DNA from: Vibrio vulnificus CMCP6
Lineage (GTDB): Bacteria; Pseudomonadota; Gammaproteobacteria; Enterobacterales; Vibrionaceae
DNA: 32,000 nucleotides
Assembly: GCF_000039765.1 (NCBI RefSeq)
Contig: NC_004459.3
Span: 90,001 to 122,000 of the forward strand
Reading direction: 5' to 3'
Made by a program: the position numbers and the translations under genes. Positions within the stretch are counted from its first letter, which is position 1. Every line of letters begins with the position of its first letter. Shown piece after piece: positions 17,178-25,702 of the stretch. Below the pieces are notes generated by a model. It did not search any database. It was not told the DNA's origin and worked only from the letters and a program-made list of their open reading frames with translations.

Positions 17178-17869
17178 AACGCCATTTCGCCCGATTTTGT
17201 TTCTTGAAAGGAGGGAGTCATTTCTGCTAGCAGCTTAGAAGCAAGGTTGATTCGGGTGAGAGAGGCAGATTGCCCAGTCCAGAGTAACAAGTGGTGCGAA
17301 ACTTTATCTTTTGGCATGCCTGCGGCCAAAAGGTTGAACATCAGCACACGCTTTAAATGCTTGTTCCAGAAATTAAAGCTCGGCACGTAAATGCGCAGGG
17401 TGCGGCGCCCAGGGTGATAAGCCGCTTGATAAAGCGTTTGCCAAATATACCGATACTGCTCGGTTGTCGTCGTGTAATAGACCTCGAACCAGGGCTTAGA
17501 TAGGCGTTGAGCATCTAGCCACAGTTCAAAGTCGTCATCAGACATTTCGAGGTGGTCACTACTCATACGCGCCACGTTGATTCTTAGTCGATGGCCAGTG
17601 CGCAGCGTTTCAAGGCCTCGCCAAAGCTCTAAAAACTTCAGCGCTCCGAGATGGCGTTGTATCTCTGCCCAATGCTCAGGCAATGCTAAGCATGCGAAGG
17701 CTTTTTCAAGCTCAGGCGCACTTAGTGAGAGTTCTAATTTGGTGCAGTTTTCTAGGTACCGTCCCCCCTCTGCAAGCAGGGGGATATCTCTATGCCGAGC
17801 CCCCACCCCTTGAGCGGTGACCTGGTGATCTTTGAGTACATCGAGATATTTTGAGATTGAGCTGCACAT
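17174..17869 (-). CDS. Phage protein of unknown function
   Basis: 231-aa ORF with 4-nt overlap to the zinc-ribbon gene; N-terminal extent uncertain. Confidence 0.5.
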   Translation of the reverse strand: MCSSISKYLDVLKDHQVTAQGVGARHRDIPLLAEGGRYLENCTKLELSLSAPELEKAFACLALPEHWAEIQRHLGALKFLELWRGLETLRTGHRLRINVARMSSDHLEMSDDDFELWLDAQRLSKPWFEVYYTTTTEQYRYIWQTLYQAAYHPGRRTLRIYVPSFNFWNKHLKRVLMFNLLAAGMPKDKVSHHLLLWTGQSASLTRINLASKLLAEMTPSFQETKSGEMAL

Positions 17870-18169
17870 TCCCTAATCCTTCATGAAAACTGAATCCAGT
17901 AAACACAAAGGCTCGGGCACCACAGTAAACTGATGAACTGCACAATCTGTCAGTATGTGCAGCTAGTGATATGTATCACATTGATGGTTTTGGTCGTTTC
18001 GAAAGCGAGTTCTCAAAGCTCCCGCAATCATCCGCTAACATCCAGTATACCTGAGTTTAGAAAATAAGTTAAAGACAGGTTATATCAGTTCTAAGACGTT
18101 AAAGTGCAGTAAGGAAGTCTGTGTAGAGCTCTCAAAAATTCAGGGCTTGGAATACGTAAGGGGTTGGTT

Positions 18170-18412
18170 TTAGTCGAAGATAACTGATATCTCAGCTTCA
18201 TTGATAAACAGCCAGGTATGGCCATTGGCGGTGACATCAAGCCCCGCATAAGGATTGAACTGAATTCTCGCGCCTACTGCTACTTCCTTTACCTGATGGC
18301 CAACAGCGACTACCTCACCAGTGTTAGCTGGCTTATCTGGCGTCCACAACAAGCTTCTGGGGCGTTCATCTCGCTGAATTACTACCCAATCATGCAGTGG
18401 TCTTAATTTCAT
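18170..18412 (-). CDS. GroES/Cpn10-like co-chaperonin
   Basis: 80 aa, MKLRPLHDWVVIQRDERPRSLLWTPDKPANTGEVVAVGHQVKEVAVGARIQFNPYAGLDV...FINEAEISVIFD follows the GroES pattern RPLHDRVIVKR...GEVLAVG...VGD.V.F...L...EILAI. Confidence 0.75.
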   Translation of the reverse strand: MKLRPLHDWVVIQRDERPRSLLWTPDKPANTGEVVAVGHQVKEVAVGARIQFNPYAGLDVTANGHTWLFINEAEISVIFD

Positions 18413-19455
18413 AGGCGTTTCCCTTTTCTAAGCTCATTCAACAAGGCACTAACTGGCGTATCAATTTTCCCTAATGGGTTCCCTTTATCCAGTACGTTCG
18501 TCATCTTACGCATCGAGATATGCGTGTAAATCTCTGACGTTTTAGGGTCCGCATGCCCCATCAATGCTTGAATCTGCAGAGTGCTGGAATCCGACTCCGC
18601 TAACTCTGTACCAAACAAGTGACGTAGTGCATGAGCATGGGCTTGGTCTTCCGGAACTCCCGCGGCGATCGCATATTTCTTTATCATCCGGTCAACAGCT
18701 CTAGTTGATAAGCGCCGCAGTTCTCCACGGTGCTCCCATTCCGGAACGTGACGGTTACGAAGATTAACAAACAGTACCTGGTCACCATCATCAAGCAGAC
18801 GATCAACATGCTTAAGGTCGGGATGGCCAAGATAAGCCTGAACAAGCAGCATAGCTTCAAGGGGAACGGGTACCAATCTCTCACGCTCCCCTTTTTCCAT
18901 GGTGCGAATGGCCAGACGTTCAACCTCACCATACTGATACCAAATAAGCTGTGACTCATTCAAACCGCATAGGCCCGCTACACGAAAACCGCAGCCAATC
19001 AGCAAAGACAGCATCGCACTATCTCGAACACCAGAAAGCGATGTTAACTCAGGTTGGAACAACAACGCCTCTGCACTTTTGAGCCCCATAAATCGCGGTA
19101 ATCTGCGCCCAATTTTAGGGTAAACCAAATCCGATGCAGGGTTTTTAGCGACAAGGCGCCGCTTAGCAAGAAAAGAGTAAAAGCCTCGAATAGCCGCAAC
19201 GGCCACCTTTCGTGACGCAGCAGAATAGCCAGCTCGATGCAGCCAACCACCGGAAAACTGCTCCAAATCTTTCAGTTCAACCTTGTCAAATTGGCCATCA
19301 ACAAACTTCTTTAGCTGCTCAAGCAAGCCACGATATTTGCGCACCGTTTTAGCGCTGCAGTTCTCACTATCTCTCTTCCAGGTAAGAAACTGATCAATTG
19401 GATCAGTTGAAGCTTGGTTTGTTTTTATTTCTTGGTCGGGGGCAGAAAAATCCAT
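18409..19455 (-). CDS. Tyrosine recombinase/integrase (XerC/D-like)
   Basis: 348 aa; catalytic segments LLIGCGFRVAGLCGL, HAHALRHLFGTELAE, LMGHADPKTSEIYTHI. Confidence 0.9.
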   Translation of the reverse strand: MDFSAPDQEIKTNQASTDPIDQFLTWKRDSENCSAKTVRKYRGLLEQLKKFVDGQFDKVELKDLEQFSGGWLHRAGYSAASRKVAVAAIRGFYSFLAKRRLVAKNPASDLVYPKIGRRLPRFMGLKSAEALLFQPELTSLSGVRDSAMLSLLIGCGFRVAGLCGLNESQLIWYQYGEVERLAIRTMEKGERERLVPVPLEAMLLVQAYLGHPDLKHVDRLLDDGDQVLFVNLRNRHVPEWEHRGELRRLSTRAVDRMIKKYAIAAGVPEDQAHAHALRHLFGTELAESDSSTLQIQALMGHADPKTSEIYTHISMRKMTNVLDKGNPLGKIDTPVSALLNELRKGKRL

Positions 19456-19533
19456 GGACCTCTGATCTCGTAGGGTGAGAACTCACTAAAGCCAGTATTC
19501 ATAAGGCTTCCGGTCATTTGGAGGGGCTTTAAA

Positions 19534-19764
19534 AACCCATGGAAAAACCTATGGGCTATCAAAAAACATATGGGACAAAAAATGAGCAGAAAAATTAACC
19601 TATGGAGACCAATTTGCGCACCTTTCTCTCTTCCTAGTTATCTATCTCTCTCTTTTTATTAAATAAAGAAAGAAAAGAAAGAAGAACAGCGCAAAAAGGA
19701 TCAATTCAGCGACCCATGGGAAATGAGAGCAAACCTATGGAAAAACAAAGCTAACTTATGGGGG
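19534..19764. repeat. Cluster of seven AACCYATGGRA-like direct repeats
   Basis: Copies at 19534, 19546, 19565, 19597, 19711, 19732, 19753: aacccatggaaa, aacctatgggct, aacatatgggac, aacctatggaga, gacccatgggaa, aacctatggaaa, aacttatggggg. Confidence 0.75.
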
Positions 19765-19977
19765 TAATTTTCTTACAAAGCCAGAGACAATAAGGGATGA
19801 GACAAAGAGCCCCATATATTCACAGGTTTTGACTAAGTATGCGTGACATGAGAATTGACAGCCCACACCCAAGCCGCCATCTTATTTTTCAAGCCACAGC
19901 CCCTATCTGCGCGCCCATATCTCTCTAGGGGGTGCGGGGGAAACAACAATAAAGGAATGAAGCGCCTGTCTAATGAT

Positions 19978-20039
19978 GGGCGTTCTTTATATAGGGGTAG
20001 CGTTTATCAATAGATACCGAGACCTCATAAAGAACGCCC
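19978..20039. repeat. Perfect 13-bp inverted repeat upstream of endolysin gene
   Basis: GGGCGTTCTTTAT (19978-19990) and ATAAAGAACGCCC (20027-20039), 36-nt spacer. Confidence 0.9.
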
Positions 20040-20088
20040 TCTTAGGGGTTTTCCAGCAAGGTAAGAATGCACACATCAACCTAAGGAG

Positions 20089-20658
20089 ATGACTATGTGC
20101 GACTTACTCAAGGCAAGAACCATTGATGAGATAATTCTCGAGATCATGGAAAAGGAAGGCTTCCGCTCAAATAACGAAGACGACTTAGGCGGCGACACAA
20201 CCTACGGAATTACAGAAGCGACAGCGCGCAGATTGGGCTATGAAGGTTCGATGGCAGACCTAACCCCTGATATCGCCAAAACGCTGTATTTACATGAGTA
20301 CGTGCTTAGAGTGCGCTTTGACCTGGTGCATGCAGTTAGCCAAATCATTGGTGAAGAACTCATTGATACAGGCGTAAACATGGGGCAAGGCATTGCTGCA
20401 AAGTTCCTTCAACGCTGGCTCAACGTCTACAACAACAAGCAGCAGTACTATAAAGATCTGCTGGTAGATGGGCACATAGGCCCAGCGACAATTACAGCAC
20501 TAAAGGCGTTCTTGGCCAAACGAGGCCAAGAGGGCGAAAAGGTACTTTGGAAGTCACTGAATGCAAGCCAAGGTGGGCGATATTTGGAGATTTCCGAAAG
20601 CCGAGAGAAGAACGAAACCTTTGTCTACGGCTGGATGAAAAATAGGGTTGGAATCTAA
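20089..20658 (+). CDS. Endolysin, glycoside hydrolase family 108-like N-acetylmuramidase
   Basis: 189 aa, EGFRSNNEDDLGGDTTYGITEATARRLGY...LYLHEYVLRVRFD...DGHIGPATITAL matches the GH108/peptidoglycan-binding architecture. Confidence 0.75.
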   Translation: MTMCDLLKARTIDEIILEIMEKEGFRSNNEDDLGGDTTYGITEATARRLGYEGSMADLTPDIAKTLYLHEYVLRVRFDLVHAVSQIIGEELIDTGVNMGQGIAAKFLQRWLNVYNNKQQYYKDLLVDGHIGPATITALKAFLAKRGQEGEKVLWKSLNASQGGRYLEISESREKNETFVYGWMKNRVGI

Positions 20659-20787
20659 TTTTTGGGTTCCAAAACTCGTTTGTAACCTATTGATTTAATT
20701 GAGGCGAATTGTACCAAAATGAACGATAGGAATAGGCACAAAAAGAACGACATTTCTTTATATTCATACAGTTAGCCACTTTAACTA

Positions 20788-20838
20788 ACCGTCATGGGGT
20801 GTCGGGGGTCGGAGGTTCAAATCCTCTCAGTCCGACCA
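20788..20838 (+). tRNA. 3' fragment of tRNA-Pro(GGG), prophage attachment-site remnant
   Basis: ACCGTCATGGGGTGTCGGGGGTCGGAGGTTCAAATCCTCTCAGTCCGACCA matches the anticodon arm, variable region, T-arm and acceptor 3' strand of bacterial tRNA-Pro(GGG). The D-arm and 5' acceptor half are absent. Confidence 0.85.
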
Positions 20839-20845
20839 TACACCT

Positions 20846-20875
20846 AAAAAAAGAGAGCTTCGGCTCTCTTTTTTG
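20846..20875 (+). terminator. tRNA-Pro downstream terminator
   Basis: AAGAGAGC-TTCG-GCTCTCTTTTTT. Confidence 0.85.
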
Positions 20876-20907
20876 CTATTTGGCGCTCGGCATTATCAAG
20901 GTGCTGT

Positions 20908-22164
20908 CTATTCCTCTGTCTCTGCCGAACGAAAGCGCACTTTTGCGATAAAATGCGTACCGTCATCTTCCATGCTAAACGCCCAATTCATCCGCTCGCA
21001 AATTCGCTCAACAATCACCAAGCCACATCCATAACCTGCGTTGTAAGTTTCATTGCCGTCATGTCGGTTCTGAATTTCAAAACAGCACTGATGTAGCGCA
21101 ATATTGATACTCCCAACGCTATAGCTGAAAGCATTTTTGATGAGGTTATTAATGACGATGGTGACAAAGCTTTCTGGGGATCGAACTTGGCTCGGCTGCG
21201 ACAGATCAAGCTCATAACTCGAGCCCTGACGAGCAAACAAGGGTTCTAGCAACGCCAGTTGCTGCTCCAACGCCTGCTGAAGATCGTGATTGCCAAAGTG
21301 ATGTGGCTCTATCTCCGATTTACCCAACAACAAAAACGTCTCCGTCAACACCTTCATTTCCTGACCCGCTTGATGCAGACGACGTATCGCTTTTTGCGCG
21401 ACTTGGGGTTGCCCTTCCACTCGGCTAAGAATATCGGCGGAACCCTGGATCACCATAATCGGTGTCCGTAGCTCATGAGAAGCGAAGCGGCTAAACTCCT
21501 GCTCACGTTGGAAAAATCCTGCAATATGATTTTTACTGTCTAACAGAGTCTGCTCAATATGGCGCGTTTCGCTGAACGTAGTATCGATGCTAAACGGCGG
21601 ACAATCCGGTGGCATTTGACTAATTTTATGTTCAATTTCCGTCAAGGGTTTCGACAGAATGCGAACCATATACACACCATAAAGCAGCATGGCAATGGAG
21701 AGTATGCCGCCCAATACAAAAGTCACTTGGTGCAACGAGCTTTCATACTCATCCAAGTAATCATCCGAATCATCTTGGAAAACGATGTACATATTGCCAA
21801 CACCGGAAGGATGAGCAAAAACAACAAAGTGTTTGTCCTCTTCCCCTTGCAGGTATTCATAGAAACCGGGTTTGGAAAAAGCCAGCAGCCAGCTCGGTAT
21901 CTCTTTCTCGCTCCAGTAACTATCAAACTCCTGCGGATTGGGTAACGGTGCTTGGTCCTGCAATGTTGCATAATTCTCTTTGTACAGAGCGGCTTCTGTG
22001 TCTAACCAGTGGTGCAAGCTCAATACTTCTAGCTTGTTTTCCGCCACATAGATCAAGCTCCAAAACAGCGTGAACATCAGAAAGGTCAGAACACCAAAGC
22101 TCCAACGGATCTTGCGGTAAATACTAGGATAGGCGCTATGCTTTGAGTCGGTAACCTTGTCCAT
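20908..22164 (-). CDS. Sensor histidine kinase
   Basis: HELRTPIMVIQGSADIL H-box, NNLIKNAFSYS N-box, GYGCGLVIVERICERM G-box; two transmembrane segments. Confidence 0.92.
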   Translation of the reverse strand: MDKVTDSKHSAYPSIYRKIRWSFGVLTFLMFTLFWSLIYVAENKLEVLSLHHWLDTEAALYKENYATLQDQAPLPNPQEFDSYWSEKEIPSWLLAFSKPGFYEYLQGEEDKHFVVFAHPSGVGNMYIVFQDDSDDYLDEYESSLHQVTFVLGGILSIAMLLYGVYMVRILSKPLTEIEHKISQMPPDCPPFSIDTTFSETRHIEQTLLDSKNHIAGFFQREQEFSRFASHELRTPIMVIQGSADILSRVEGQPQVAQKAIRRLHQAGQEMKVLTETFLLLGKSEIEPHHFGNHDLQQALEQQLALLEPLFARQGSSYELDLSQPSQVRSPESFVTIVINNLIKNAFSYSVGSINIALHQCCFEIQNRHDGNETYNAGYGCGLVIVERICERMNWAFSMEDDGTHFIAKVRFRSAETEE

Positions 22165-22804
22165 GAATGGTCTCTAATCGTGATTCTGAAAAACCTTTGT
22201 CCAATGCGGTGCGCAAACCGTAAATGTGGCTACGCAGAGCATCACTCCCCGGCGGTTCATCGCCCCACACGCTTTCAATCACTTCAACGCGTGACACGAT
22301 TGCCGGCGCTCGCTTCATCAATAACTTCAAAATTCGCGTCTGAATACGGCTCAGTTTGATCTGCTGACCTTGGCGTTCAACCTGCTCGGTTTTGACATCC
22401 AAGGTGATGTCGGCAAATTTCAACACACCAATATCTTGTCTTGGTCCTCGGTTCGCCAATGCGTGCAGTCGCAAGCTCAGTTCCTGCATCGCAAAAGGTT
22501 TCAATAGGTAATCATCGCCACCAGCAGTAAAAGCCGCGATTTTGTCATCCAAGCCCTGTTTTGCAGTTAGAAATAGGATGGGCGTCCCACAAAGATAGTC
22601 TTCTCTGAGTTTCTTCACCGTACTGATGCCGTCAAGCTTAGGCATCATGATGTCCATGACAATCACATCGTAGTGGTTCGTTTCAATCAATCGCAGCGCC
22701 GCTTCACCATGATACGCACAATCGATGGTGATGCCTTCGAGCTCCAGATAGTCGGCAATCGTTTCTGCCACATTGTGGTTATCATCCACTAACAAAATTT
22801 TCAT
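22136..22804 (-). CDS. OmpR/PhoB-family response regulator
   Basis: MKILLVDDNHNVAETIADYLE...VMDIMMPKLDG...LTAK, with a winged-helix C-terminus (LRSHIYGLRTALDKG). Confidence 0.93.
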   Translation of the reverse strand: MKILLVDDNHNVAETIADYLELEGITIDCAYHGEAALRLIETNHYDVIVMDIMMPKLDGISTVKKLREDYLCGTPILFLTAKQGLDDKIAAFTAGGDDYLLKPFAMQELSLRLHALANRGPRQDIGVLKFADITLDVKTEQVERQGQQIKLSRIQTRILKLLMKRAPAIVSRVEVIESVWGDEPPGSDALRSHIYGLRTALDKGFSESRLETIHGQGYRLKA

Positions 22805-22895
22805 TCAGTTTTATCTCTTCACGATCGCTTCACATCTCATTTCCTAACATAGCGAAAAACCAAACATCCACCATTCATATAGGGTACAGATAGAG

Positions 22896-24089
22896 ATGAA
22901 GAAGCTGACTTTAGTAAGCGCGTTAACCTTAGTTTTATCAGCTTGTGGAGGAAGTAACAGTTCAACACCAGCGCAACCCGATGTTGCTCCCAAAACAATC
23001 ACCGGTACTATTGATTCCGTCGACCCACAACACCGCTCACTTGTGGTCAATGGACACCAATATACCGTCGAGCAAGTATCGTATTCCTCGGCCAACATTG
23101 AGTTAAGTGCACTGCAACCCAATATGATGATTCGCATCGCCCCAAACACCGGTGTGCAACGCGATTCCACCAGCGGCCAAGCAGGCACTTTTTCGGCGCA
23201 ATTAGAGCCAACCATGACCGGGGTGATCAGTAACATCAACCCTACAGACCACACTTTTAGCATTAATGGAGCAACACTGACGTTTGCTAAGCTCAGCCCA
23301 GAGATTAAAAATGGCGACTGGGTGATGGTCTCTTCTCTTCCGACCGCCGACGCAGGATACAAAGTTCTGTCGGTCGTGAAGTTTGATGATCCCGATCTTG
23401 TTGGCCATGTTGAAATCGAAGGTCGCATCAACAGCCTCGATGACAACAACGGTACGTTTAAATTGGGCGCTGGCATTACAGTAAATTACGACAATGGTAC
23501 CTTTATTAAACCGCATCAACCACTTGAAAACGGTCAATGGGTAGAAATTGAAGGCCAATTTGCCAATAACGTGTTTGCCGCCAGCGAGATTGAGATCGAA
23601 TCTTACGATGATCTTGATGACGACAACGAAATCGAAGGCATTGTCACTTGGGTGGCAGGCGATAAATCGCAGTTCGAGTTGAACTACCGTGGCATGTTTA
23701 CCGTCGATGCTCACACTCGCTTTGAAGATGGCCACAAAGGTCTATTGGTCGCAGGGGCAGAAGTGGAAGTCACCGCGCAATCAAGTACAAGCAACGAGCT
23801 GCTTGCGCGTGTGGTGGAGTTTGACGAACAAGATCACGACAGCAATTGGGACGATCATGAGTTTGAGTGCGATGGCCTGGTGACTCTCCACGATAACGAG
23901 CAACGTACTATCACCATGGAATGTTCCGATGACGGCGTTAGTCTTGGCGAGAAAATTATCTATATTGATGCCAATACGCGCTTTGAGCACATTCAAGAGT
24001 CGGAGCTGCAAGGTGCCTACATTGAAGCCGAAGGCATCATGTTGAATCAACAATACGTTGCACGCGAAATTGAACGCGATATCGATTAA
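22896..24089 (+). CDS. DUF5666-like repeat lipoprotein
   Basis: MKKLTLVSALTLVLSACGG lipobox, then several repeats of the G.I.S.D...G.F.V.G..V type. Confidence 0.75.
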   Translation: MKKLTLVSALTLVLSACGGSNSSTPAQPDVAPKTITGTIDSVDPQHRSLVVNGHQYTVEQVSYSSANIELSALQPNMMIRIAPNTGVQRDSTSGQAGTFSAQLEPTMTGVISNINPTDHTFSINGATLTFAKLSPEIKNGDWVMVSSLPTADAGYKVLSVVKFDDPDLVGHVEIEGRINSLDDNNGTFKLGAGITVNYDNGTFIKPHQPLENGQWVEIEGQFANNVFAASEIEIESYDDLDDDNEIEGIVTWVAGDKSQFELNYRGMFTVDAHTRFEDGHKGLLVAGAEVEVTAQSSTSNELLARVVEFDEQDHDSNWDDHEFECDGLVTLHDNEQRTITMECSDDGVSLGEKIIYIDANTRFEHIQESELQGAYIEAEGIMLNQQYVAREIERDID

Positions 24090-24277
24090 TCCGCGTTGAT
24101 ATTGCACAGCAGGTGAGTGGTTGACGTCGTCATCACTCAATCGCAAAAAGGCAGAGGAAATCCTCTGCCTTTTTCTTATTTATCAATAATGATAGCGGAT
24201 AAAAAAATAATGACAGTTCGATGCTTCACTTTGTCCAGAAGCGCGTAAGCATCGACTGCCATCTGTTTTCTTATCGC

Positions 24278-25477
24278 TTACAGGCTTAAAATCACGCCCG
24301 CAATCGATGCGCTCATCAAGTTCGCCAAGACACCTGCGGTAATTGCACGGAAGCCGTATTTCGAGATGAACGAGCGTTTTTCAGGCACCAAGCTACCCAA
24401 ACCACCGATCAACATCGCCATTGTGGAGATGTTAGCAAAACCACACAAAGCAAAAGTCACGATCGCTTGTGAGTGTGCACTCAGATCTTGTTTCACTTGC
24501 ATGAGCTGAATAAACGCTACGAATTCGTTCACCACAATTTTATTGCCGATCAGAGAACCCGCGGTAATGGCTTCATGCCATGGAATACCCAACAACCAAG
24601 CGACTGGCGCGAATAGGTAGCCCAAAATCAACTCAAAGCTAAGAGAGATGCCAAACCAACTGCCGACCCAGCCCAACAGGCCATTCAGCAGTGCAATCAC
24701 GCTGACAAACGCCAGTAAGGTTGCCCCTACCGCTACCGCGATACGCAAGCCCGACATCGCACCGTCTGCCATCGCTTCCACCACGTTGGTCGCTTTTGGC
24801 ATCTCAACGTTTTCCATCTGCACATCTTCCGCCTGAGCTTCAGTTTCAGGCATCAAGATTTTGGCCATCAAAAGACCAGCAGGTGCCGACATAAATGCCG
24901 CAGCAATCAGGTAGTTCAGTTCCACCCCCAAAGAGGCGTAACCGACTAAGGTACCGCCTGCTACCGAAGCAAGGCCACAGGTCATGACGGCAAAGAATTG
25001 CGAGTCACTCATGTGCTTTAAGTAAGGTTTCACCACCAACGGGGCTTCAATCATGCCAACGAAGATGTTGGCGGTTGCAGAAAGCGATTCAGCACGGCCA
25101 GTCCCTAACAACTTTTGTAGGGCGCCACCAATCAAGTTGATTACTTTCGGCATCAATCCAATATGGTAAAGGCCTGAGATCAAGGCAGAGAAGAAGATGA
25201 TGATACCAAGAACGTTAATCGCGAAAGTAAAACCGCCGGTTGCCAAACCGCCGAACAGAAAAGCGATGCCTTCCTGTCCATAGTTAATCAAATTTGAAAC
25301 CGCGCCCGTCACGCCATTTAGCGCATTTTTACCCGCAGGCACATACAGCACCAACAACGCAAAGGCCACTTGCAATGCAAACGCCAATCCCACCGTTTTA
25401 AGACGGATATTTTTTCTATTGGTAGAAAGCAGCCAAGCAAAAAGCAAAATGGCTACGACACCCAAGAGTGAGTTCAT
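24278..25477 (-). CDS. nupC: NupC-family concentrative nucleoside transporter
   Basis: GVTGAVSNLINYGQEGIAFLFGG...FSALISGLYHIGLM...LIGNKIVVNEFVAF; multi-TM. Confidence 0.85.
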   Translation of the reverse strand: MNSLLGVVAILLFAWLLSTNRKNIRLKTVGLAFALQVAFALLVLYVPAGKNALNGVTGAVSNLINYGQEGIAFLFGGLATGGFTFAINVLGIIIFFSALISGLYHIGLMPKVINLIGGALQKLLGTGRAESLSATANIFVGMIEAPLVVKPYLKHMSDSQFFAVMTCGLASVAGGTLVGYASLGVELNYLIAAAFMSAPAGLLMAKILMPETEAQAEDVQMENVEMPKATNVVEAMADGAMSGLRIAVAVGATLLAFVSVIALLNGLLGWVGSWFGISLSFELILGYLFAPVAWLLGIPWHEAITAGSLIGNKIVVNEFVAFIQLMQVKQDLSAHSQAIVTFALCGFANISTMAMLIGGLGSLVPEKRSFISKYGFRAITAGVLANLMSASIAGVILSL

Positions 25478-25684
25478 AGTGATTATTTCCAGAGAGGGGG
25501 AACAAGGAAGGCGCGGATTGTATTACCAGCGTCGTAAGATGCAAGTCGAGAATGTTAACAAGGTGGTTCATTAGAAAAACGCAATAAAACCACAAGTCTT
25601 AACTTATTGAATAAAAACAAGATAAACGTTTGCTTTGTTTTATTGTTTCCATATGGAAAATATGTTTCTGGAAATAGAAAATAT

Positions 25685-25702
25685 TTGTGACTCAAATCAC
25701 TC
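25685..25702. promoter_or_regulatory. CRP-like binding site upstream of nupC
   Basis: TGTGA-CTCAAA-TCACT, matching TGTGA-N6-TCACA with one mismatch; about 210 bp upstream of the nupC start. Confidence 0.45.

Noticed and set aside
19621-19690. Pyrimidine-rich then purine-rich stretch (ctttctctc... / ...gaaagaaaagaaagaag) considered as a structured element
   Set aside because: Mostly low-complexity sequence with only weak pairing. Possibly a weak terminator or promoter-flanking region, but not supportable alone.
23202-23735. 177-aa minus-strand ORF antisense to the DUF5666-like gene (and 22844-23476)
   Set aside because: The plus-strand ORF has a signal peptide, lipobox and internal repeats; these are shadow ORFs.
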